Positions 40,978 through 52,264 of a stretch of 64,000 nt of DNA are shown here, one piece after another; within the stretch, counting starts at the first letter, position 1; every line of letters begins with the position of its first letter. The stretch is from Saccostrea echinata (taxonomy: Eukaryota), in the NCBI RefSeq assembly GCF_033153115.1, contig NW_026889766.1, positions 5,518,001 through 5,582,000 of the forward strand, in the 5' to 3' direction. Under the pieces are notes generated by a model. That model was not told the DNA's origin. It saw nothing but the letters and a program-made list of their open reading frames with translations, and ran no database searches. The position numbers and the translations under genes are program-made.

Positions 40978-42697
40978 TATAATCTAGACTATATTGGATC
41001 CCCGTTACAGTGCCCAAGACATCCTTTTCTTTGACCTGTGTCAAAAAACTGCATTACAGAGTTATTGTGAACTTTGTCAGATTAACCTGTGTAAGGCCTA
41101 TATAGGGTAGCATCTCTCTGATTCATCCAAAAGAAACAAGATTGTACCATAGAAACACAGAACTTTTGTTTCTAACTACCCAGAATGTCCAAGTCATTCC
41201 AAGAAACATTGTGAACTTTACCGTGAGAAATTTGACATTCCTGTCTGTTCTACCCGCATCTCCTCTGATAAATATCATGGTTTTAAAATTATAGATGTTC
41301 TGAAAAAACTTACTTCCACAAAAAAGGATTTAGAAAAAGACTTGGAAGAACTGGAGAAAAGAAATTTTCCTGCACATGAAGAAATTACATAACATTTAAA
41401 CTCCGAAAAAGTAAACTTTGAAAAACATTATTAGAAACTGACAACAGCTGTTACCAAAGAAGGAGAAAAATGGCACAGAGAAATTAACATCATTGTAAAT
41501 AAACAAAAATCTGAAATTGATGAGATGAAAAAAAAGACACCTGGTTGTTCTAAATAATCAGGGTAAAGAAACTAACATCAACTGTCACTTAACAAGGAGA
41601 AGACTGGCACATTGAAATTAACATCATTGTCAACAAACAGAAATCTGAAATTGATAAGATGAAAAATAAACACTTGTCTGTTCTAAATAAACAGGAAAAA
41701 GAAATTAAAGAGATTACGTCTGAAGTAAAACGGAGTATTCTTAATCTGAAGAAAATACTGGACTCCAATGATGTCTCCCTAACCTCTGCTTACAAATCCA
41801 AGAATGCTGAATTCAGAAGTCCCCCCCCCCCATAAAGTCAATGTTTCATTACCAAGTTTCTCTTCTCATCAAATCAACAAAGAACAGCTTCATTGAATGC
41901 ATGGTTCTCTGTCAGCATTATCCATTACAACAGAAAAACATCGCTACACAAAAAAGACACCAGAATCTGTATCCTGTCCTCCAATCAAACCACTAATTGA
42001 TGAACCATAGCTCGTCAACACCATAGATACGGGGTATAATCTATACAGTGTTACCTGTCTCAGTGATGAAGAAATCTGGGCACGTGGAATTGACAAAATC
42101 ATGAAACTCTACATCCTTCAGGGCAAACTACTGAAGTCAATCCAAACCAAGTCAGGGAACATAGCAGATGACATAGCAGTGACAACGAGCGGAGATCAAG
42201 TTTATACTGACCCTAATACAAGAACTGTAAACATAATGAAGAATAGACAGATACAGGAATTGATCAGACTACAGGGCTGGAAACCTTACAATATCTGTAT
42301 TACCTCCTCTGATGATCTCCTGGTTACCATAGACAGTGATGATAAACAATTAAAGGTGGTTCGTTACTCTGGATCCACAGGGAAGCAAACCCTTCAGTTT
42401 AATCATGAAGGTAAACCTCTGTATCATCTGGTTATATTAAACGCAGTGAGAACCGGAACCTGAATATATGTGTGGCTGACCTAGGAACCAGTGCAATAGT
42501 GGTGATGATTAATCAGAAAGGAAAACTCAGATTTAGATACACTAGTCATCCCTCTACTACCAAGGAAACATTTGATCTAGTCGGCATCATAACAGACAGC
42601 CAAAGTCAGATCCTGACATCAGACCGTAACAACAACTGTATCCACATCCTAGATCAGGACGGACAGTCTTCCGTTCCATTGATAACTGTGATCTACA
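40978..42697 (+). pseudogene. TRIM-like copy 5, pseudogene, 3' truncated
   Basis: No ATG at the homologous start, multiple stops and frameshifts, an internal duplication of ~130 bp of coiled-coil sequence (~41440-41570 and ~41580-41710), and truncation after GATCTACA where it joins the intron of copy 6. Confidence 0.9.
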
Positions 42698-43050
42698 CAC
42701 ATTTGTATCTAGAACCCAACTGATGATTTTTTATGAAATTCTGGCTTAAGTTTGGTTAAAGTCTGTCACGTGGAGGCATGTGTATACGGTCACTTGAAAA
42801 TCAAAAAATGCTCACGGTCAATTCATAGTTGTCTCATCTTTTGTAACACTTAGAACAACTCAAGTTCCTTAGTTTTCCACTTGTTATTAGACAAGAGGCT
42901 TGCCGAGTTTCTGTTGATAATTATCTGTTGACAAATACAAAGTTAACAAACGTCACGCATAAAAATAAAATCCTCAAAAAAGAAATTAAACTTGACAATT
43001 TTTAATTTTTGCACAGTATCATCTAAACTTGGTCATGTGAGTAGACTATT

Positions 43051-44718
43051 ATGGACCCCTTGGACAGAGCTCAAGTACTCCTCCTCTGTGACCTGTGTCA
43101 TTTTAAGAGCTGTATTACAGAATCATTGTGAACTTTGTCAGATTAATCTGCGTAAGACCTGTGTTGGGGAGTATCTCTCTGATTCACCCAAAAGACACAA
43201 GGTTGTACCCTACAAGCACAAAAAATCTGCTCCTAACAACCCAGAATATCCAAACCACACCCAGAATCACTGCAAACATTACTGTGAAAAATGTGATATT
43301 CCTGTTTGTTCTACGTGCATCTTCTCTGATAAACATCATGGGCATAAATTTACAAATGTTCTGAAAAAATAATTTCTAAGAAAAAAGATTTAGAAGAAGA
43401 CTTGGAAGAACTAGAAAAACGAATCTATCCTGCATATGAAGAAATTACGTTGGATTTAAACTCTGAAAAGTAAACTTCGAAAAACATTATGAGAAACTGA
43501 CTACAGCTGTCACTAAACAAGGAGAAGACTGGCACAGAGAAATTAACATTATTGTCAACAAACAAAAATCTGAAATTGATGAGATGAAAACGAAACAACT
43601 GACTGTTCTAAATAAACAGGAAAAAGAAACTGAAAAGACTACTTATGATGTAAAACAGATCATTCTTAATCTGAAGAAAATATTGGACTCCAATGATTTC
43701 TCCCTAACCTCTGCTTACAAATCCAGGAATGATGAATTCAGAAGTTTAACTCCTGAAGTCAATGTTTCGTTACCAAGTTTCTCTCCTCGTCAGATCAACA
43801 GCGAACAGCTCCATGAAATGTTTGGTTCTCTATCAGCATTATCCATAACAGAAGAAAATCATGGCTACACAATAAAGACACCACAAGCTGTATCATTCCT
43901 GCAGTCAAACCACTGCTTGATGAACCAGAGTTCATCACCACCATAAATACTGGGTATGATCTGATCAGTGTTGCCTGTCTCAGTGTTGAAGAAATCGGGA
44001 CACGTGGAATTGACAAAATCATGAAACGCTACGACCTCCAGGGTAAACTACTGAAGTCAATCCAAACCAAGTCAGGGAATATACCATCTGACATGGCAGT
44101 GACAAGAAATGGAGATTTAGTTTATACTGACCCTGATACAAGAACTGTAAACATAGTGAAGAATAAAAGATACATGGAGTCATCAGACTACAAGGGTGGA
44201 AACCTTACAATGTCTTTAGTACCTCCTCTGATGACCTCCTGGTTACCATGGTCAGTGATAATGATAATCAATCAAAAAGTTGTCCGTTATTCTGGCTCCA
44301 CAGAGAAACAAGCCATTCAGATTGATGGTGAAGGTAAACCTCTGTATTCATCTGGATATATCAAATACATCAGTGAGAACAGAAATCTAGAAATCTGTGT
44401 GGCTGACAATCGAGTCAATGCAGCAGTGGTGGTTAATCAAGCAGGAAACTCACAGATTTAGATACACTGGTCATCTCTCTACTCACAAGGGAGCGTTCAG
44501 ACTAGTCGGCATCACAACGGACAGTCAAGGTCTGATCCTGACAGCAGACAGTAACAACCACTGTATATATCTACATCCTAGATCAGGATAGACAGTTCCT
44601 CCGTTACATCCATAACTGTGATATACAGTATCCATGTGGTTTATGTGTAGATACCAGAGAGTACCTCTTTGTGGCTGAATGGGTCAGTGGTAAAGTGAAG
44701 AAAATCAAATATATGTAA
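43051..44718 (+). pseudogene. TRIM-like copy 6, frameshifted pseudogene
   Basis: Runs from ATGGACCCC to ATATATGTAA and is full length, but is broken over several ORFs (42992, 43584, 44021, 44397) by frameshifts. It lacks the upstream leader exon. Confidence 0.9.
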
Positions 44719-45389
44719 ATAATTCATTGTCACTGAAAGTTTCAACAGTTTATGAACAGTGGGTTATTACATTTCAAGACCTAATGTTGTTGAACTGTTT
44801 ATACTGAAAAAAATCTTTAAGTAGTCTACTTGTGTACAAAGTCTGTCTAAAATTGTACAAAAACTGTGGGAGATGTAGCATTTTTAAATAATTTTAATGA
44901 AAATGTCTGACAAGGTTCTGTAATAGCTTCTCCATGGTGAAGGCGATGTAGGCATGGATACCATACATCTATCTTAGCTGGTCCTCGAATTGTGTAGATT
45001 AGAGGTTCCCGTTCAGCAAACTCAAAATCAAAATAATAAACCATCATACAAGAAGTTTAGTTGAAACGTAATCATATATCAAACATTTCACTTGATATAT
45101 TCTGCAGTTTTACACCTTTGTGCAGCATTAAAAATCTTTAAATGTGTATGAGGAAGTTTGTGTCCTTCAATGTTTCTCTTTCCCTTCTCGTGTTTGCAAA
45201 GTATTAAGGACTCATGGAACCCTAAGACTGTTTATTTGAAAACTTAAACCCCATTCAACCCCTCTTCACACACAGTCACTCATCCCTAACCTCTTTATGG
45301 ATATTCTCTGAAGAACGTCAGATGACCCGCCCTAGTACTGCTTCCAGGAAACGAATAGTGGCCAAGTTTGTCTCTACGATGAATGAGGG

Positions 45390-46980
45390 CAACTCTTCCA
45401 AATTGTGAGTATCTTGGTCCCTGGGTTATGGGTTCTGGTGTTATGGCGGGGCTCTATTGATTATATGGTGAAATTGCATTAATTCTTGGAAAATCTTCTC
45501 TGCTCCTGGGAATTTAGCAGATAAACTAAGTGTATGGTTATGATTGATAGATTGTGTGCTGTTTTACGTCTCGTTCGAGAATTTTTCACTAACATAAAGA
45601 CGTCACCATATATCGGTGAAGGGCTTCAAATTTATACCTTTACTCGGCACCCAAGGCCATTGAGCAGTGACTGTGTTTTATCGTGCCAACGCCTATCGTG
45701 ACACGGGGCCTTAGTTTTTATGGTCTCATCCGAAAGACCCGCAATTTCACTCCAAAGTGCCGATCGCTTGGCGAAGGAACAGTTGCTACGGTAACTTATT
45801 TTTTATCGACTTAGGTCAGTCGCAGCCGTGATTCAAACACAGAACTTTCGATCACTGAGCGAGCGCTCTGCCGACTGAGCTACCGTGACGGTCAGCATGG
45901 TTATGATAATGAATGATGCCTCTTCCAAAATTGTGAAATTTGTGGCCGCAGGATCAGGGGATCATGTCGGGGGGGGGGGGGGGGGGGGGATTTGGTCTAT
46001 TTCATATAAAGTGGAAATTCTTTCTTTGAAAATCTTCTTCTCTACCCCTGGGTACTTAACAGAAAAACTAATTGCATGGTTATGACGAGCAAGGAATTCT
46101 TTTCAAAGAGTTTGAAATTCATAACCCCGGGGTCAGGGATGTTGGTGTTAGGATGAGGCTCTTTTAAATGTATAGCAGAAATGCATTTTTTATTTGAAAA
46201 TCTTCTTCCCTCCTCATTGTTATTAAGGAAACATACTATTTGCATGGTTATGATGAGCAAGGGTGCCATTTCCAAAATTATGAATATCTTAACCTATGGG
46301 TCAGGGGCTTTGGTATTAGGGTTGGGCTATAATGAATCTATATAGTGAAAATGGCTTATTTCCTTGAAAATCTTCTTCTCTGCTCCTGGGCACCTAGGAG
46401 GCAAATAAAGTATATAAAGTAACGAGATTTTGAAATTCTGTACTCTTTGGTCAATTTATGAATTTCTACTGAAAGAAGTTATTTCCCTTTGCTATTCACC
46501 TATAACAGTTAATCACTGTAAATAATGTAACTTAAAAGGTCAATTGAATAAAAGAATTATACAAGAAATGTTATAATATTTAATACAAAAAAACTTTCAT
46601 ATTTTTTAATGATCAGGTAAAATTTTATATAAGAGATAAATGAAAATGAGACAGAAATACCGTATCTTTGTACAATAAGTAATCTTCAAGGACTAAGAGA
46701 GGCCAAAGCGAGGGGGATGAAAAGTGTTAACTAATAGTGCTGTAGAACTATTGTTTTGTGTAGTCCGCATGAAGATAGTGACAAATGGGGGAAAGTACAG
46801 GCAAATAAATAGATCAACTTTAAGATTGGTTATTGATGTACTAAATTAATATTTAGCTGATCGCTGATTATCATATTTCCTTGCTTTTGGACAACATAGC
46901 TTTATCAGCTCATTTTGTTTTAATCTATGGATCGTTACATTATACTCAGGTGACCGTTAGGGCCCTTGGGCCTCTTATTA
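45390..46980 (-). mobile_element. HINE-like element in reverse orientation with degenerate ~150-bp internal repeats
   Basis: The end CTCAGGTGACCGTTAGGGCCCTTGGGCCTCTTATT is the reverse complement of an AA(C/T)AAGAGGCCC..TCACCTGAG 5' terminus. GAAAATCTTCTTC and ATGGTTATGA recur internally. Confidence 0.7.
45545..45894 (-). mobile_element. tRNA-derived SINE, related subfamily with a different head
   Basis: Shares the central block (GGCCATTGAGCAGTGA..CGTGCCA..GACACGGGGCC) with the other SINEs. Head GTAGCTCAGTCGGCAGAGCG; flanking direct repeat ATGGTTATGAT at 45534-45544 and 45897-45907. Confidence 0.85.
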
Positions 46981-49454
46981 ATTTACAAATCAGTGATGTG
47001 AACCCTATTATGACTACTTTATACATGGAATTGTTCCTCCCTTCTTTTCTGATGAGATAAAAACAACTATATTACAAGACAAACCTCGGGGTGCTTCAGG
47101 AACTTCCTCACCTGAAAATTACAATGTAAAATTAATTTTTTGTTTTTTTGAATGGCATTCTATAATTTATGATTTTTCCGCCAAAATCCTTCAAAATTAA
47201 AAAAATGGAAAATTTGCAGGAATTGAAGAGTAGTTGATGCTTAAATGAAATTTTCCACATGATCTAGCAGTTAATGTATTGACATTTTTTTTTATTTGTG
47301 GCAAAATTTAGAAATATAAAGAAGAAACACATTTTTTTTTTCTGTCATTCTTTTTAAAAAATGTAAAAGAGTTTTACTGCACAGCCTTTAGCTTTTTCCT
47401 TCATACTGTTTTCAAACAATTTTTCTCCTAAAATTGAAAAAAAAACCTGCTTAAGGTATTCAATGCATAACGACCATATTTTGTACCTAAATAATGAATG
47501 GTCCAATATTTTAAACCATGATAGAATTTTGAAAATGTTATCAAATAAAAATGCTCCACCAAAGGAATATACAAAATTTTGATTATTGTCCAATTTATTG
47601 CACCTTGAATTTTACATGGAAGTCTATGGACAGGGCATGTGTTATTTAGATATTGTAATTTCATACAAATCTCGTGGTGAAAATAAGCACACACTCTCTC
47701 TCTCTCTTTATAAAAAAATTAAAAGAAATAAATCATTTACCACAGTTATTTTGACAATTTTTTTTCTTCTTTTTATCAAGGGCAGATAACTCCTTATATG
47801 TTATAAGTCATTTGAATTTGGTTTATTTCACTTTTATCATTATCCAGCAGTACATATTAATCTTTTCACAATGATTCAAAATAGTTCAATTTCTCTTTAT
47901 TATACATTGAATACCTTAAATCATAAAACATGACTGATTTTCACATTACTCACTTTGTCAAAGAAGGCAAACTCGTTAAGAGTTTCATATCTTCTAGTCT
48001 CAGCGAGCGAGATATCTTTCAATGTTCCTGTTCTCTTTTTCTGCAAAAAATGAAATACTTAACACTCTGGGCTTCCCAGTAAAAAAAACCTACCCTACCT
48101 TGGGACGTTAGGAATAAGATATTTTAAATCTAAAACTCAAAATATTTAAGATCAAGCACCCTAAAATTCTGAGGACTTTGCTCAGAATTTTTAGCTCTGC
48201 AAATCTTCTGAGAAGGTTTGGAACATAACCCTGCTGATTTTACTACATAACACTGACTTTCTTTAAACGGGAAAAATAGAGATTTCAGACCTTGTATATA
48301 AGGCATTCTTACAACACTACCCTTTGGTTGAGGTTGCGGCCCAGGACCCTGCTTATCTGACTTCTGTAAATCTAAAAACTTTATTTTCACACAATAGTGT
48401 AAAACCGTCTGCTTGTTAAAATTTTATTCTCATGTATTAAAAATTATATCGAGCAATAACCTAAATTTGTGGAAATTTTCTCTCCCTTATAAATACCAAA
48501 CAACAATCTTGGGAAAATAAAGTGTCGCAAAAAATTAGTGATCTACAATATATAACACCGACTTTCTTTAGAGGTGATTTCAGACCTCACCCATTACATT
48601 ATCTCACACTAGCATCCTCTGGTGGCTATGGGACACCTGAGGGTCGTCTGTGTTGATTTCCGCTCTTCCCCATCTGATATTTGTTGCCTAGGGATGGTTT
48701 CTTCACAGTGGAGGAGTGATCATTTCTGACCCCCAGGGATGACCTGTCAGTTTGCAGCATGTTCATCTGTATAACAAAGCAGATAGTGGTGGTGTTAGAC
48801 CGAAACAATTCCAAAGAATATGAAACAAGGCAAAACATTTTCAGATGTATTTGAATCTTCTAACTTCAACATTAAAACATGTCTAAGCTAAAATTAATTA
48901 CAGTCAGACGCATAATGGTATCTTGTATCACAGTAGAAAAAGTTACCTTCATTATTCTTCAATATCACACAGTCTACAATAAGCTGACAGTTATAAATGT
49001 ACTACTCTACAAAGATTTTCCACCCAAAAGCTTCCCTTACATACACATTCAAACCTCAAGTAACCTTCCCCCAAGATGTAAATCTCACCAATACTTACTT
49101 TTCCATCATAAATGACCCCCTTCTCCATCAACTTGCTTTCCCCTCCAAGATATCATATTTTTGCAGTATTTACATATCCTCCAAAAGATGACCCATTGGC
49201 GTCTGGCAGGAATTGACCAAACTCTTCCAGATCATCCTCCTGGTTCTGGAACAGCTTGGCCACCTGAGAGTAGACTTCAACCTCTGTCAGTGGCTTAAAA
49301 CCAAGGGACACGATTTTAACGTCACAATACATCTCAGTGACAAATCAGTTATACATTGTCTGTGTTACAAATTTACTGCCACAAAAGTTTTCATTCTTAG
49401 TCTGGTATTGTCTGCCAGTATATAGACCAGGTATGTATAAAAGTCCCTCTATGG

Positions 49455-50676
49455 ACAAGATATTCCCTAAACAGCTCCCCCACTCCCTTATGGTGTCACA
49501 TTCCCAAGCTTAATTAAAATTAGGCAATACTTTTGTATTATAGATTCACACTTTATTTTCTAGACTATTTTATTGGATAACTACTCCAATATAGCTGCAC
49601 AGGTATTAGCCAATCAAATTTCAGTGCATGTGCTTGCATATCTTTTCTAGATTTTTCAACATACATTTTGTCGCCCGCGTGGCGCAGTGGTTAGAGCGTC
49701 TGCTCTAGAGTCGCTGAGTAAGGAGCTGATCCTTACGTCGCGGGTTCGAATCCCAGTGTGGGACGTGGAGACCGGTCCTTCGGATGAGACCGTATTTATA
49801 AACCGAGGTCCCGTGTCGCAATAGGTGCTGGCACGAAAAAGATCCCTCACTGCTCAATGGCCGTAAGTGCCGAGTATAGGACAAAATTTGCAGCTCTCCA
49901 CAAGCGATGCGTCTCCATATGAGTGAAAAATTCTCGAGAGGGACGTTAAACAACATACAAACAAACAACATACATTTTCTTTTAGTATCTCACAATATTT
50001 ACATACGTTAAAAATATCAAAGACTTTCATTGAAAAATAAGCGAGACATAAGTATTAGCTAATCAGAATACAGCACAGAATGCATGCACGTCTTTGCATT
50101 CAGGTTTGATAATAGCATAATGTAAGGATGCACTATACTTAAAGATCTACATTCTAAATTTCGTCCTGTTTTTTTTTAACTAAGAAAGTTATAGCCATTT
50201 AAGTTTCAACCAATCAATTGAAATTGCATGCCCATATTTACAAGAATTCTCCTACATAATTTTGTAGAACTTTACAATATATGCACATACTTCAAATTCC
50301 GTTGTATTTCGTCAAAAAACAAGGAATTTATTGAGATTTTTGTCTCAGCCAATCCGAGTGAAGCACACGTGCAAGATCGTACTGCTTTTGCTAATTTCCT
50401 TACATCACCTCGATTACACCACTAATTTAAGTTCATATACTGACGTTCAAAGCATGTCGTAAAAAATAGGAAAGTAAATGCTGTTTCAATTATACCAGCC
50501 ATCATGTGCGCACAAAATGACCTTTGTTCCGCATGCCTGTTAACCCTAAAAGGTTCCATGTTAATTGGATGAGTAGTTTCCGAGAACACTTGTGGACAAA
50601 AAAGTACTGAAGAGGAAATTTTAAAAAATAAAGTAAAAACAATATATTCAAAAACTTCGTTTTGGGAACATACCTG
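49455..50676 (+). mobile_element. Second copy of the junction HINE-like element (contains SINE 49670-49965)
   Basis: Collinear with 27229-28097 apart from the SINE insertion. Confidence 0.65.
49670..49965 (+). mobile_element. tRNA-derived SINE, same family
   Basis: Head GTCGCCCGCGTGGCGCAGTGGTTAGAGCG...GTTCGAATCCC; 13-bp TSD CAACATACATTTT at 49657-49669 and 49966-49978. The paralogous site near 27430 is empty. Confidence 0.93.
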
Positions 50677-50729
50677 AAATAACACTAAGCTATTTTCAGA
50701 AGAATGGCTTAAAATGAAAGTACAAAAGA

Positions 50730-52264
50730 CAACTATTTGGACTTATTACTTTTAATACACTTTTTCTACACTAAACATACACAAAGTGAAAGTAGATGAC
50801 AAACAAAGTGAATGTAGATGACCACGTTAAGGTAGATGAGAAGGCAGCATCAGTTTGACCAAAAGAGAAATTCATGTACAAAAGTATTACAATGTAATTA
50901 ACAATAATTGTAATATATAATAATATTAACCTTTTACAATCTGTTTGACCAGTATGGAAAATTCAATGACACATTATTACATTGCAATATGTAATAAAAA
51001 TGTAATACTACAGACTTACAAGTTGCATTTCTTATAATCTACATTGCAATTCTGAGGTTTATGACTATTTACAAGAAATTATTTTACAATAATAAGAGGT
51101 ATATGTCATATCCCAGTCAAACAATTACAGTCCCAGGCATTACATGTAATAACGTAATTGTCATGCAGTCTCTATTCACAAATTGAAGATTTAACTTTAC
51201 AGAAACCATGTGAAAAATGATTAAAAATAATTAACAGTGAAAATAAAAATTTGCGGATCATATAAGCACACCTTTATGGAGAAAAATTTTACCTGTTTTG
51301 AATTTTAAAAGATGAATTATACATTTTTTGCAGTCGTGAATAGGGCTCTGATTTAATGCTTTATACATACCTCGTAAATATGTGGGCAGAAACAAAATTT
51401 TGATTCTGCATATAGCGAATCTTCTCAAAATATGATCACACACATGTAACATGAATAAATATACAATGTGTCTATGCAATATGCAAAGTCAGAGGAAATG
51501 CTGACTTAATAATATAAAATGTTACATTATTAAATGTAATCAAATTTGTAATGCTGTGTCACTGTAACAGATGATGTAACAATATACAGACTGCATGCAT
51601 TTTAAGAGATTTAGATATTTTTAACTTAAACCCGAAAACATGGAGTATATGATAGATGGCCTCATAGATGTAGCGTAATAAAAATATACAACAAACATGA
51701 TGTATAACTCAGTCCTCTTATGATCACAATTACAAACAAACTTTACTAAGTGATTAGGTATTTCTCTAAGTAATCAATTTACATTCCTGAATTAAAAAAA
51801 TTACATATACCTACAGGATTCTTCCATTTAACACAGAAATATATACACTGAAAATCTTATTTACAACTTCATTTTTAAGATCATATATTAAATCTCTTGT
51901 TTTTGGTACATTTACATATAATCAATCAGACTGCAATTTTTATTCCTGCATGTTGTCATGAAATGTACAGGGTTGTGTAAATTAATTATAAAAATTCCCA
52001 TGATCAAATGACATGCAACCTTTAAGAAATGAAATTCATCATTGTTTGAAAGTGTCAACCTATGTAAATAATGACGATTGGTTGAATGCATTACCCCTTT
52101 AAATACATCATACAATGTCTGTAAAAAGAGATTTGTTTAAATGCATCCAATCTACTTTCTTTAAATGCATCAGTCCCGTTTTCTCTTATAGTTAACTTTA
52201 GATAATATTAAGCAAGTACTTGCTGAAATTTCGGTTGTTATCGATAGATTCATTAGTAACCTCC
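50730..52264 (-). other. Probable Sin3 3' UTR
   Basis: AT-rich sequence downstream of the stop codon, with an ATTAAA on the minus strand near 50750. It is conserved in duplicates at ~28150-29680 and ~10090-11115. The end point is inferred. Confidence 0.55.

Larger units (their letters stand above)
28100..49293 (-). pseudogene. Sin3 partial duplicate C, hosting TRIM copies 4-6
   Basis: 3'UTR homologue, then exon homologues at 29686-29953, 30485-30681 (stop, deletions), 31097-31272 (TGA), 31626-31809, 39012-~39130, 40507-~40853 (MITE inserted), ~44904-45022, 45291-45379, ~47082-47111, 47954-48040, ~48615-48766 and 49174-49293 ([34 protein letters not shown]). Confidence 0.9.

Noticed and set aside
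49670-49765. Functional tRNA or amber suppressor (CTA at the anticodon-like position) that might read through the TAG in TRIM copy 4
   Set aside because: The anticodon and acceptor stems do not pair properly, and the sequence is the head of a SINE with a tail and TSD.
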